This document shows, piece after piece, positions 8,912-16,947 of a stretch of DNA of 60,258 nucleotides (its first letter is position 1; every line of letters begins with the position of its first letter). This DNA is from Patescibacteria group bacterium (lineage in GTDB: Bacteria; Patescibacteriota; Minisyncoccia; UBA6257; GWB1-50-10). A program made the translations under genes and the position numbers. Below the pieces are notes generated by a model. It did not search any database. It worked only from the letters and a program-made list of their open reading frames with translations, and was not told the DNA's origin. The stretch spans positions 1 to 60,258 of the forward strand of contig JAMCYI010000004.1 in assembly GCA_023474215.1 (NCBI GenBank), given 5' to 3'.

Positions 8912-9487
8912 TTATTCGTACCTGGGGTTGGTTTCTTTGACGCCGGCCTTGTAGTTCGCATACCGCGCAAGAGCAAAGAACAAACTCGAAAGCCGGTTCA
9001 TGAATATCCCCGATTCTTCCGATATCTTTTTCTTTTCGCCGAATTTCACGAGCGTCCGTTCGGCCCGCCTCGCCAAGGTCCGCGCAAAGTCGAGCGATGC
9101 TCCCATCGGACTCCCGCCGGGGATGATAAAATTTCTGATGGGCGGAATCTTCGAATCGATCTCCAAAATGACGCTTTCCATGAACTGCGATTTCTCCACA
9201 TCGATCTTTTTAAAATCCTTCACCGAATATTCGAAACCGACGGCTGCAACTTCCGCCTGGAGCATGAACAGGCTCTCCTCGACGAAGATGAGGATCTTGT
9301 CGAAGGAAAGTTTTTTGAGCTTGAAATTATTTTTCGGAGTTATCTTCGAGCGGCACACGCCGAGCCACGCGTTCAATTCGTCGAGATCGCCCAGCACGTC
9401 GAAGAGCGGCGAGCTTTTCGGCAGGCGCTTGTTCCCGTATAAACTCTTTCCTCCGTCCCCCCGGCCGGTATAGAAGTTAGTCTTCAT
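8912..9487 (-). CDS. PduO-type ATP:cob(I)alamin adenosyltransferase family protein
   Basis: FYTGRGDGGKS, LGDLDELNAWLG, FIIPGGS...LDFART.ARRAER, NRLSSLFFALARY. Confidence 0.9.
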   Translation of the reverse strand: MKTNFYTGRGDGGKSLYGNKRLPKSSPLFDVLGDLDELNAWLGVCRSKITPKNNFKLKKLSFDKILIFVEESLFMLQAEVAAVGFEYSVKDFKKIDVEKSQFMESVILEIDSKIPPIRNFIIPGGSPMGASLDFARTLARRAERTLVKFGEKKKISEESGIFMNRLSSLFFALARYANYKAGVKETNPRYE

Positions 9488-10268
9488 GACGATAACTTTT
9501 CTCTAATTGTACTCTATCCACGGGAGCTGAGCGATCCCACATATACTTGAACCACGCGCGATATCCATCCGCAAGATCAGCACTTCGAATAACAAAAAAG
9601 ACCGCTTTATTACTCATTTTACCAAGCATAAGACCCGCATAGGTTACGACATAATCACCAAATACCTGAATTCCGGAATTGAGAGCCGAATACCCCTTCG
9701 GTAAGAAACGGAATTCGCCCTTTCCCCCAAAACCCCTCAAGAGGTCGAGGCGGGATTTCATCTCATAATCATACAATCCGCGGAATACTATTTTTTTGCG
9801 ATTTGCTTCTCTGAAGAAAGCCGATCGTGCAGTCGACAAGCGATCGTCCTGCCATCCCCCCTTCGCGCCAATAAAATAGCTATCCTTACCAACGCGAAGA
9901 ATGTCCCGCCAAATATTTTTTTGACCCTCGAGACCCCGGTAAATATAAATCTCCTCCGATGCGACGCGGTGCTCAAACTTCTTTTTCAACTCCGGCAGAA
10001 TGGCCGCCAATTTTTCCTGTTTTTCCCCCAAGAGCTCCGTCAACTTATCCGGATCGACGGCATTGTATTTATTCTCCCCCGGTGAAACGATTTGAAAACA
10101 CAATCCTTTGTCAACAAGTCGCTGAATGGCATCGTAAGCATTCCGGCGATGGATACCGGCGGCAAGAGCGATCTCTGAAACAGATGATTCACCCTTCTCA
10201 ATAAGAGAGAGGTACATTTTTGCCTCATTGGGACTCAATCCCAAACTCTCAAATATTTCGTTTTCCAT
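9477..10268 (-). CDS. TrmB-family HTH transcriptional regulator
   Basis: LGLSPNEAKMYLSL...S.SEIA...GIHRRNAYDAI.RL..KGL winged helix plus C-terminal effector-like domain. Start placed at MENEIF. Confidence 0.8.
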   Translation of the reverse strand: MENEIFESLGLSPNEAKMYLSLIEKGESSVSEIALAAGIHRRNAYDAIQRLVDKGLCFQIVSPGENKYNAVDPDKLTELLGEKQEKLAAILPELKKKFEHRVASEEIYIYRGLEGQKNIWRDILRVGKDSYFIGAKGGWQDDRLSTARSAFFREANRKKIVFRGLYDYEMKSRLDLLRGFGGKGEFRFLPKGYSALNSGIQVFGDYVVTYAGLMLGKMSNKAVFFVIRSADLADGYRAWFKYMWDRSAPVDRVQLEKSYRHED

Positions 10269-10379
10269 ATTTTTAGTGGTGGCTATCGACACCCTATGGT
10301 GCTATTGGCCACTCAATAATAAAAGCATACGCTTCCCCACAGTTGTTTGTCAAACCACCTTAAGAAAGGAGTAATTACT

Positions 10380-10970
10380 ATGGATAAAGTATTGTGGGGA
10401 TATCTCTCAGTCGGCATAACCCTTGCGGGCTACGCCATCTATATCGCCTCGATGTACCGCACCACAGAACCCAAAAAGCGCATAAAACCCCATCCCCTAT
10501 CATGGGCACTCTTCGGATTTTTAACCGCCACGGGGTGGCTCATTCAAAAATCTCAGGACGGGCAAGCAGGAAGTTGGTGTCTCGGCGTTACGGCGCTCTT
10601 CTGCTTCGTCATCGCCGGAATCAGTTTTTGGAAATACCCATGGAAATTTGAGTGGAAGGATTGGGTTTGGATTGTTGCAGGGATGGCATTGTTTCTTTTT
10701 TATCTCATTACCAAGACCCCGACGCTTTCCGCAACGCTCGCAACATTGGCAGATCTTGTAGGTTACGGCCCCACACTCCGAAAAGGGTGGCGGGAGCCGC
10801 ACACCGACAATCCAACGAATTTTGCGTTCAATAGTGCGAAGTGCATCCCAGCCCTTCTTGCGCTTGCATCGTATTCTTGGGCAACTATGGTTTATCTCGT
10901 CATGCTTACTATTATGAACGGGGGTGTCACATTCATGCTCATCGCGAGACGGGCAAGAGTAAAAGTGTAA
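10380..10970 (+). CDS. Multi-pass membrane protein (PQ-loop-like), divergent from the TrmB regulator
   Basis: About 7 TM; AAGGAG Shine-Dalgarno at 10366-10371 before ATG 10380. Confidence 0.7.
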   Translation: MDKVLWGYLSVGITLAGYAIYIASMYRTTEPKKRIKPHPLSWALFGFLTATGWLIQKSQDGQAGSWCLGVTALFCFVIAGISFWKYPWKFEWKDWVWIVAGMALFLFYLITKTPTLSATLATLADLVGYGPTLRKGWREPHTDNPTNFAFNSAKCIPALLALASYSWATMVYLVMLTIMNGGVTFMLIARRARVKV

Positions 10971-10978
10971 ATTTATAC

Positions 10979-11018
10979 AAACAGACGGACTTCCCGAGAA
11001 GCCGTCTGTTTTTGTTTT
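10979..11018. terminator. Intrinsic terminator between convergent genes
   Basis: aaacagacgg...ccgtctgttt stem followed by a T-rich tract. Confidence 0.7.
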
Positions 11019-12053
11019 CTATATTTTTCGCACGATCGCAAAAGGGGTCATTTCGTCGGATTGGCCGAGCGGATTGTCCCGGAAGAGTTTTCCAATGAAT
11101 TTCTCCGAAGGCGCGCGGGTTGATTTGCCGAGCGAGAAGGCGCCACGGTAGTTGGCGTCGAGGATGACGGCCTCGCACCCCAAGGCTTTTTTGAACCGCC
11201 GGGCTGCCCCGTTCGGGTCTTTGGGCGCACGCTTCGCCGAATGCGCGTATTCCAAAACAAGGAAGGACATCGGGCAATCGATCGATTTCGCTTGTTTGCC
11301 GCAAATGCGGTAAAACATGCCTTTGATACCCAAGGGGCGAGTGAGAGCCGAGACGACCGCGGCAAAAAGGACGCGGGGGTAGCCGGCTTCCTCGATGAAG
11401 AGCTGCATCGCAAGCGCCGTCCCGTGGCCGAAGCCGCGGAATTCGCTCGAACCGTAATAATTGCCGACGCGCGCCCCAAGGAATCGCGCCAGGGACGACG
11501 GATGGATGTCGGACATGCTGACGACGCGCCCTTGCGTCACGGAAAGCGCTTTTTCACTCACAAAGAGGATATCGCCGGATCTCAGATATGGCTTTACATA
11601 TTCTTCGAGGATCGGCAGAAGATCGGTGTCACGCTCGGTAAGAAGGCGCGTCCGGACCGGCAGGCGTTGATACGTCACGCCATCCACGTCGATTTCGATC
11701 TTCTTTCCGGGATTCGCGACGAACTCGCCGGACGGCTTCCGCTCGACACCCGCCGACGATGTTTCATTGAAAGAAACCTTCTCGCCGCGGAAGAGCGCAA
11801 GAAGTTTTGCGGCGCGCTCTCCAATCGCCGCAGAACTCTCGTGGAGCGCGGCGCGCGATCGCAAAAGCTCGGTCACCTCCATATAAAGAATGTGGGCTTC
11901 ATCGATGCGGTCTTTTTTGAAAAGCGCTTCGGTGACGGGTGCGCCATCGCTCATTACGACTTCGACGGTTGCCGATCCGTCTTCGTGCGGAACGTAGCGG
12001 ATCACAAAACCCGTCTTATCCCTCATTTCGTCATACGTCTCCGGTTTTTCCAT
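11019..12053 (-). CDS. Protein with C-terminal F420-0:gamma-glutamyl ligase-like domain and unknown N-terminal domain
   Basis: P.RT.LL....DL...L..Y......GDILFVSEKA.S.TQGR and IDCP...D.N pattern in the C-terminal two thirds. Confidence 0.6.
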   Translation of the reverse strand: MEKPETYDEMRDKTGFVIRYVPHEDGSATVEVVMSDGAPVTEALFKKDRIDEAHILYMEVTELLRSRAALHESSAAIGERAAKLLALFRGEKVSFNETSSAGVERKPSGEFVANPGKKIEIDVDGVTYQRLPVRTRLLTERDTDLLPILEEYVKPYLRSGDILFVSEKALSVTQGRVVSMSDIHPSSLARFLGARVGNYYGSSEFRGFGHGTALAMQLFIEEAGYPRVLFAAVVSALTRPLGIKGMFYRICGKQAKSIDCPMSFLVLEYAHSAKRAPKDPNGAARRFKKALGCEAVILDANYRGAFSLGKSTRAPSEKFIGKLFRDNPLGQSDEMTPFAIVRKI

Positions 12054-12068
12054 AGTGAAGTGATTTTA

Positions 12069-12923
12069 TCACTTTCCTGAACTCTTCACGATCTCGCTGA
12101 TGTAATCTTCCACGCGGCGCTTCGGTTTCCAACCCAGCGCACGCGACTTTGCGGTATCGATCGAAGACGAACTCCGGTTCCCCTTTCGTTCCGGGAGCCA
12201 CTGGATCGGATGATTGAAAAGGTTTGCAATATCGACAATGGAATATTCTTCTTCAGAGCCTAAATGAAATCCGTCGCCGCTCCCTTTCGTTCCCACGAGC
12301 GTCAAACCGTCCACCACATCGTCGATGTGGGTGAACATACGCTTCTGGGCCCCCGGCAAAACGACGGGAAGTGGTTTGCCGGCGAGGTAATGCTGCTTGA
12401 AAATCTCGATCACGGTACCGTACTTGTCCGCGCGCTCGCCCGGGCCGTACACGTTGTAGAGATATGCGATGGCGAACGGCAGGTCGTACCACGCAGCATA
12501 ATTCTTGACGAGCTCCGCGTTCATTGCTTTCGCCCACGCATACGGACTTTGGTCTTTGCCGTTTCCCCTCTCGGCGAATTTCGTCGAGGAACCGACATAG
12601 ACGAGCTTGCACTTCTTCTTGCGCCAAAATTCGAGAACGCCGGCGGTCCCTGCAATGTTCAAATCCCAAACCATGTGAGGCTCGGAAAAACTGACCTCGA
12701 CGCGCGAATACTCGCCGAGATGGAACAAAAGATCGACGTCCTCCGGAACGTGACGAGCGACATCTTTCGTATGCCCCTCGCGATATGACACTTTTGGCAC
12801 GTGATTGTCATGCAAACCGGCGAAATAGTTGTCGAGAGAAATGACCGCATGGCCGTCTTCTGCAAGCCGGCGGCAAAGATGCGAACCTACGAATCCGGCT
12901 CCTCCGGTGACCAATACTTTCAT
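12069..12923 (-). CDS. NAD-dependent epimerase/dehydratase (extended SDR)
   Basis: VTGGAGFVGSHL, SS, YAWAK (YxxxK), YNVYGPG. Confidence 0.9.
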   Translation of the reverse strand: MKVLVTGGAGFVGSHLCRRLAEDGHAVISLDNYFAGLHDNHVPKVSYREGHTKDVARHVPEDVDLLFHLGEYSRVEVSFSEPHMVWDLNIAGTAGVLEFWRKKKCKLVYVGSSTKFAERGNGKDQSPYAWAKAMNAELVKNYAAWYDLPFAIAYLYNVYGPGERADKYGTVIEIFKQHYLAGKPLPVVLPGAQKRMFTHIDDVVDGLTLVGTKGSGDGFHLGSEEEYSIVDIANLFNHPIQWLPERKGNRSSSSIDTAKSRALGWKPKRRVEDYISEIVKSSGK

Positions 12924-12931
12924 TATTTGTG

Positions 12932-13003
12932 GGTGTCTAGAGAGGATCGAACTCTCGTAACCTGCTCCACAGGCAGGCGCTCTACCACTGAGCTATAGAC
13001 ACC
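12932..13003 (-). tRNA. tRNA-His(GTG)
   Basis: G-1 GTGTCTA TA GCTC..GAGC, anticodon arm CCTGC CT GTG GA GCAGG, T-arm GAGAG TTCGATC CTCTC, discriminator C. Confidence 0.95.
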
Positions 13004-13186
13004 ATTCTTTCCTGCCAAATTCAATAAGAGGTTAATGCCCGATGACGATACACTAACGGATTTTACGAAGTTTTAAATTGTCTAGAACTCGATACTCTTG
13101 GCAGTTATAAAACCTCTCCTTGATTTGATAGTAAACCCAAAATCCGTATTGTACAACTGTACTTACGCACAAGTGTGGTATGATGG

Positions 13187-13945
13187 GTGGGTATGGGAGG
13201 GTTTCTCGACAATCTCGGTCAAATTGTTTTGACCCATCAAGCGTGGAGCCATTACTTGATCGCGCTCGGCATCCTGATCCAAGGCGAACTGACCGTCCTC
13301 GTCTCCGTTTACCTGGTCCTCTCCGGGAGCCTCGGGTGGCTCGACTTCCTTATTCCAGCATTCCTCGGCATTTTGATCGGCGACTACCTCCTTTACTTTT
13401 TAGGAAGGATCTTCCGAAACACGAGATTCGGCTGGAAAATGTACAAGCGCCTCAAGCAAAACAAAACGACCCAGTTCTACACCTACTACGTTTCCAAAAA
13501 CCTCAGGAAGATCATCATCCTTTCGAAATTCCTCATCGGCACGAATTTCATAGCCCTCCTTGCGGTCGGCTGGACCAAGGTGAAATTCAGCAAATTCTTT
13601 AAAGCGCACCTCGTTGCCGTCATCGCATGGCTCGCCGGAGTCACATTCGTCGCCTACTTCCTTGCGGGCGGCGTGTACCTTTTGAAAGCGGAGAAAGTCT
13701 TCAGACAAGTCGAGATCGGTATCGGCGTCGTCCTCCTCATTATGATCGGAGGCGAGATCATCCTCAAGAAAACACTCGGTAAGGCGCTCTCTTTCGAATC
13801 GAAAGTAAAAGAGATCGGAGAAAAATTGAACGAGAAAATAGAAAGCGACAACCTGCAAAACGAGGGACAGCCGGAGACCGGCCGGATCAAAAGCGAACAC
13901 GCCGAGAATATTTTCAAGCGCGAGGAAGAAGAGGAAGATGATTGA
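13187..13945 (+). CDS. DedA/VTT family membrane protein
   Basis: GE.TVL...YL...G, GDYLLYFLGR, SKFLIG pattern; acidic C-tail overlaps the convergent gene. Confidence 0.8.
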   Translation: MGMGGFLDNLGQIVLTHQAWSHYLIALGILIQGELTVLVSVYLVLSGSLGWLDFLIPAFLGILIGDYLLYFLGRIFRNTRFGWKMYKRLKQNKTTQFYTYYVSKNLRKIIILSKFLIGTNFIALLAVGWTKVKFSKFFKAHLVAVIAWLAGVTFVAYFLAGGVYLLKAEKVFRQVEIGIGVVLLIMIGGEIILKKTLGKALSFESKVKEIGEKLNEKIESDNLQNEGQPETGRIKSEHAENIFKREEEEEDD

Positions 13946-14255
13946 TCTTCGCGGCCAAGATGAAGTCGTTCTCCGAGAGACCGCCGATCGCGTGCGTTGA
14001 AAGCGCGAGCTTTACCTTGTTGTAGAAGATGTAGATGTCGGGGTGGTGATCCTCCTCGTTCGCAATTTCAGCAACGGCATTCACGAACGCCATCGACTCT
14101 TTGAAGTCCTTGAACTCAAAATCACGGCCGATGCTTTTCTTGTCGTCGGCGAGTTTCCACCCCAGGGTCTCCGACAAGTATTTGTTCGCTTCTTCTTCTG
14201 TCATTGGAGGCATTCCCCCTTCGCACGGTACGCATTTTTTAGAAAGTAGGTCCAT
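13914..14255 (-). CDS. Pterin-4-alpha-carbinolamine dehydratase family
   Basis: C.PC.GG, F.FKDF.E..AFVN.VA.IA.EEDHHPDI, LSTHAIGGLSENDFILAAKI. Confidence 0.92.
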   Translation of the reverse strand: MDLLSKKCVPCEGGMPPMTEEEANKYLSETLGWKLADDKKSIGRDFEFKDFKESMAFVNAVAEIANEEDHHPDIYIFYNKVKLALSTHAIGGLSENDFILAAKINHLPLLPRA

Positions 14256-14342
14256 GGAGATAGTATAAACCTAAACTTCTGATTGTAAAATTCCGAACCC
14301 AATGTGATATAATGTAGAGGTAAGCATTGGGAGTACAGGAAT

Positions 14343-15032
14343 ATGCGTAAGGACAAAGAACAGGCACTTAAATTACGTCTCTCCGGCAAGAGCTACGCGG
14401 AGATCAGCAGAGAGCTAGGTATACCTAAAGCCACTTTATCAGATTGGTTTTCTCAACTTATACTTCCCCCCTTTGCTCAACAAAAAATTCAAAAGAGAAC
14501 AAGGGAACGCTCGCTTGCCGGACTATTAAACCGAAATAAAAACCAGACTGCACTTGCAATACGCCGGAGAGATAAAACGCGATCACGGGCACAAAAAATG
14601 ATTGGAAACATTTCAAGACGCGAACTCCTTCTTATTGGAACTGCATTATATTGGGCAGAAGGATATAAGAGGACAAAGGTTAAGAATGGCCGCGAGCTCA
14701 CCCATCACCCCGTCAGTTTAACCAATTCAGACCCGAACCTTATTAAATTATTCTTGCGATTTTTGCGGGAAATCTGCAATGTACCGGAAACAAAAATACA
14801 CGCCGATGTGCGGATCTACGAACACCTCAACGAAAAACAACTGCTGGAATTTTGGTCAAGAACGACAAACATACGCAAAGAAAAATTCAGCAAATTTTAC
14901 TACGGCATCAGCAAATCAAGCTTGGGAAAACGACCGTTTAACATCTTGCCTTTCGGCACAATACAGATTAGAGTAAATGACACAAAGCTATTCCATACGA
15001 TTATGGGATGGATTGAAGGGCTTCGAGTATAG
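14343..15032 (+). CDS. N-terminal HTH plus single-motif LAGLIDADG-like homing endonuclease
   Basis: A..LR..GKSY.EI...LGIPKATLS.W helix-turn-helix; IGTALYWAEG motif; LTNSDP.LI..F..FL pattern. AT-richer than neighbours. Confidence 0.65.
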   Translation: MRKDKEQALKLRLSGKSYAEISRELGIPKATLSDWFSQLILPPFAQQKIQKRTRERSLAGLLNRNKNQTALAIRRRDKTRSRAQKMIGNISRRELLLIGTALYWAEGYKRTKVKNGRELTHHPVSLTNSDPNLIKLFLRFLREICNVPETKIHADVRIYEHLNEKQLLEFWSRTTNIRKEKFSKFYYGISKSSLGKRPFNILPFGTIQIRVNDTKLFHTIMGWIEGLRV

Positions 15033-15053
15033 CGCGACCCTTAAAAACCGAAT

Positions 15054-15328
15054 GCCGTGGTAGCTCAGTGGTAGAGCATTCGCCTGAACTCTTCGGGCAC
15101 CGATTCAGCAATGAGCCGGAAAAAACTGGGTGAATTCGGGGAAACTTCGCAAGAACAATCCCGAGCCAAGCCCCAACAAGAAGGTTGGGGAAGGTGTAGA
15201 GACTATCCCTTCGGGGAGTACCTCGATGTAAATCGGGGGAAGCGCCCAGCTCCGCAGAAGCGGATGATGATATAGTCCAACTTCGCAGGAAGAGCGATTG
15301 GTCGGGGGTTCGATTCCCTCCCGCGGCA
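15054..15328 (+). tRNA. tRNA-Phe(GAA) split by a group I intron (exons 15054-15085 and 15289-15328)
   Basis: Joined exons: GCCGTGG TA GCTC AGTGGTA GAGC A TTCGC CT|GAA GA GCGAT TGGTC GGGGG TTCGATT CCCTC CCGCGGC A. Confidence 0.88.
15086..15288 (+). mobile_element. ORF-less group I self-splicing intron (203 nt, IC3-like)
   Basis: P AATTCGGGGAAAC, Q AATCCCGAGC, R GTAGAGACTA, S GATATAGTCC. P1 GCCU/GGGC with U.G at the 5' splice site, P10 ctcttc/gaagag, terminal omega-G. Confidence 0.88.
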
Positions 15329-15329
15329 C

Positions 15330-15368
15330 AAATTCGAAATGCGTCCTTGGTGGACGCGTTTTGAATTT
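15330..15368 (+). terminator. Hairpin/terminator after tRNA-Phe
   Basis: aaattcgaaa-tgcgtcc-ttggt-ggacgcg-ttttgaattt. Confidence 0.55.
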
Positions 15369-15403
15369 TATATCCCCGGGAATCAAATGAGGGTGAGTTT
15401 GTT

Positions 15404-16522
15404 TTATTGCTGGGGAGCAGAGGAAGTCGAAAGAAAGGGCGTCGGGTCGTACGAGTTCGCGGGATTCCACGCCATCCACGTATCGCCGTAGCCGGCATCG
15501 CGAACGGCGCTTATTTCGTCATCCACCATCGTCGCGTCGTACGGCGGCACGCCGAGCGTGAAATCCTGGATCCACGGCCGGACGATCACGGTCGAACTTG
15601 CAGGCATCAGTTTTTTGCCGTCTTCGAGCGTCTGGTAAACGACTTGGTACGGCTCTTCGGCGGGATTTGGAAAACCGAAATTGCCGGGCGTATAGAGCGA
15701 GGGGTAAACCATGGGATCGATGACATTAAAATATTTCGCGGCTTCCGCGACATGCTGGCCGATCCCCAACCCGCTATCCTTCACAAAACTGTACGCAAAG
15801 AGATCGGCCGAAAGGACAGCTTTGGGATATGCATCGCGGATGTGCGACGTAAGGTAGCTGAAGAACTGGTCGATGATGCCGGACATGGAAGACATGCCGT
15901 CGTAGACCGGATAGACGGCCGATTGAATGCTCCCCGAAGGAAAACGAATGTAATCGAAATTCACTTCGTCGAAGCCGAGCTTCAAAGCTCCGATGGCAGC
16001 CGCGACATTCGCGTCCCACACCAAATGGCTTGCGGGGTCGACCCAATATGAGGGTCCGCCGCTCGCCGACCACAACCCCCCCGACGTATCGCGGAGCGCA
16101 AGCTCGGGGTGTTCTTTCGCCATCGCATTGTCTTGAAAGACAACGATGCGGGCGATGGTATAGATGCCGTTTTGATGGAATTCATCGACGACGCGTTTCA
16201 TGCCGGGCCCCACATACGTTCCGTCGCCGTCCTTCACGTTGATCACAACGGCATTCAATCGCGTGGACTTAACGAGCCGAATCATCGCGCGGACATTCGA
16301 GGGAACGGAAACCGTCGCTGCGGTAAGATACACCGCGCGAACGTCGGAAGGCGATATGCCGACGGTCGAAGTTTCGGCGACAGGCGGCGTGCTCGTCGAT
16401 GCGGCGGGCGCCGACGCCCCTTCCGGCACGGGCGACGAGGGTGCAGCGCTCCGGAAACCAAAAACAACAAGAGCGATGCTTGCAATAAGTACTGCGAAAT
16501 TTACCCAGGAATCTTTTTTCAT
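15404..16522 (-). CDS. Putative glycoside hydrolase (DUF4015-like TIM barrel), membrane-anchored
   Basis: RAVYLT, VVI.VKDGDG, ARIVVFQD, GFDEVNFDYIRFP, PMVYPS, VRPWIQDF. The track start (16612) lies inside tRNA-Arg, so ATG 16522 is used. Confidence 0.75.
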   Translation of the reverse strand: MKKDSWVNFAVLIASIALVVFGFRSAAPSSPVPEGASAPAASTSTPPVAETSTVGISPSDVRAVYLTAATVSVPSNVRAMIRLVKSTRLNAVVINVKDGDGTYVGPGMKRVVDEFHQNGIYTIARIVVFQDNAMAKEHPELALRDTSGGLWSASGGPSYWVDPASHLVWDANVAAAIGALKLGFDEVNFDYIRFPSGSIQSAVYPVYDGMSSMSGIIDQFFSYLTSHIRDAYPKAVLSADLFAYSFVKDSGLGIGQHVAEAAKYFNVIDPMVYPSLYTPGNFGFPNPAEEPYQVVYQTLEDGKKLMPASSTVIVRPWIQDFTLGVPPYDATMVDDEISAVRDAGYGDTWMAWNPANSYDPTPFLSTSSAPQQ

Positions 16523-16582
16523 GCAGGAACTCAGTTCAATTCCGATTATCGGAGACTTTCTGCCAAAAACTAGCTCATCATG

Positions 16583-16654
16583 TCCCCTCGGTAGGAATCG
16601 AACCCACATCAAAGCCTTAGAAGAGCTCTGCTCTATCCATTGAGCTACGAGGGG
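16583..16654 (-). tRNA. tRNA-Arg(TCT)
   Basis: CCCCTCG TA GCTC AATGGATA GAGC A GAGCT CT TCT AA GGCTT TGAT GTGGG TTCGATT CCTAC CGAGGGG A. Confidence 0.95.
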
Positions 16655-16724
16655 AATTGAAGCCTCTTAGGGCTTGAAATCTGTTTTACAATATACCCAC
16701 TTTTGCCTAGAATGTAAATGAATT

Positions 16725-16795
16725 CGGGGCGTAGTGTAACGGTAGCACGAGTCCTTTGGGAGGATTTAGTTCCAGTTCAAATCTGGGCGCCCCGA
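16725..16795 (+). tRNA. tRNA-Pro(TGG)
   Basis: CGGGGCG TA GTGT AACGGTA GCAC G AGTCC TT TGG GA GGATT TAGT TCCAG TTCAAAT CTGGG CGCCCCG A. Confidence 0.93.
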
Positions 16796-16819
16796 CAAAA
16801 CATATTCACCTTATCTGTG

Positions 16820-16944
16820 CCCAGATTTGAACTGGGAAGGGGTCGGGAAACCGAGAGGTTTCCCGCAGTGGAAACACTAAAACCGCAAGGTGTTAGGGAG
16901 CAAGCGTCAGCGAGCGACGTTCAACTCTGGGCGCCCCGACAAAA
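16820..16944 (+). mobile_element. tRNA-anchored miniature element (Pro copy)
   Basis: Antisense T-arm cccagatttgaactgg, core gaaggggtcgggaaac...tttcccg...aaaaccgcaaggtgttagggagc, then gcgacg and a 3' tRNA copy ttcaactctgggcgccccgacaaaa. Confidence 0.8.
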
Positions 16945-16947
16945 TTT

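Noticed and set aside
12932-13003. tRNA-His apparently lacking G-1
   Set aside because: Re-registering on the T8-A9-GCTC D-stem shows G-1 is encoded (13003) and pairs with C73.
15105-15479. ORFs overlapping the intron (15105-15479, 15001-15498)
   Set aside because: Antisense to the tRNA/intron with no protein motifs; the 203-nt intron is too small for an endonuclease ORF.
16796-16944. tRNA 3' duplications as attL/attR of a prophage or genomic island
   Set aside because: Only 110-150 bp lie between the copies, with no integrase or cargo. Kept instead as miniature elements.
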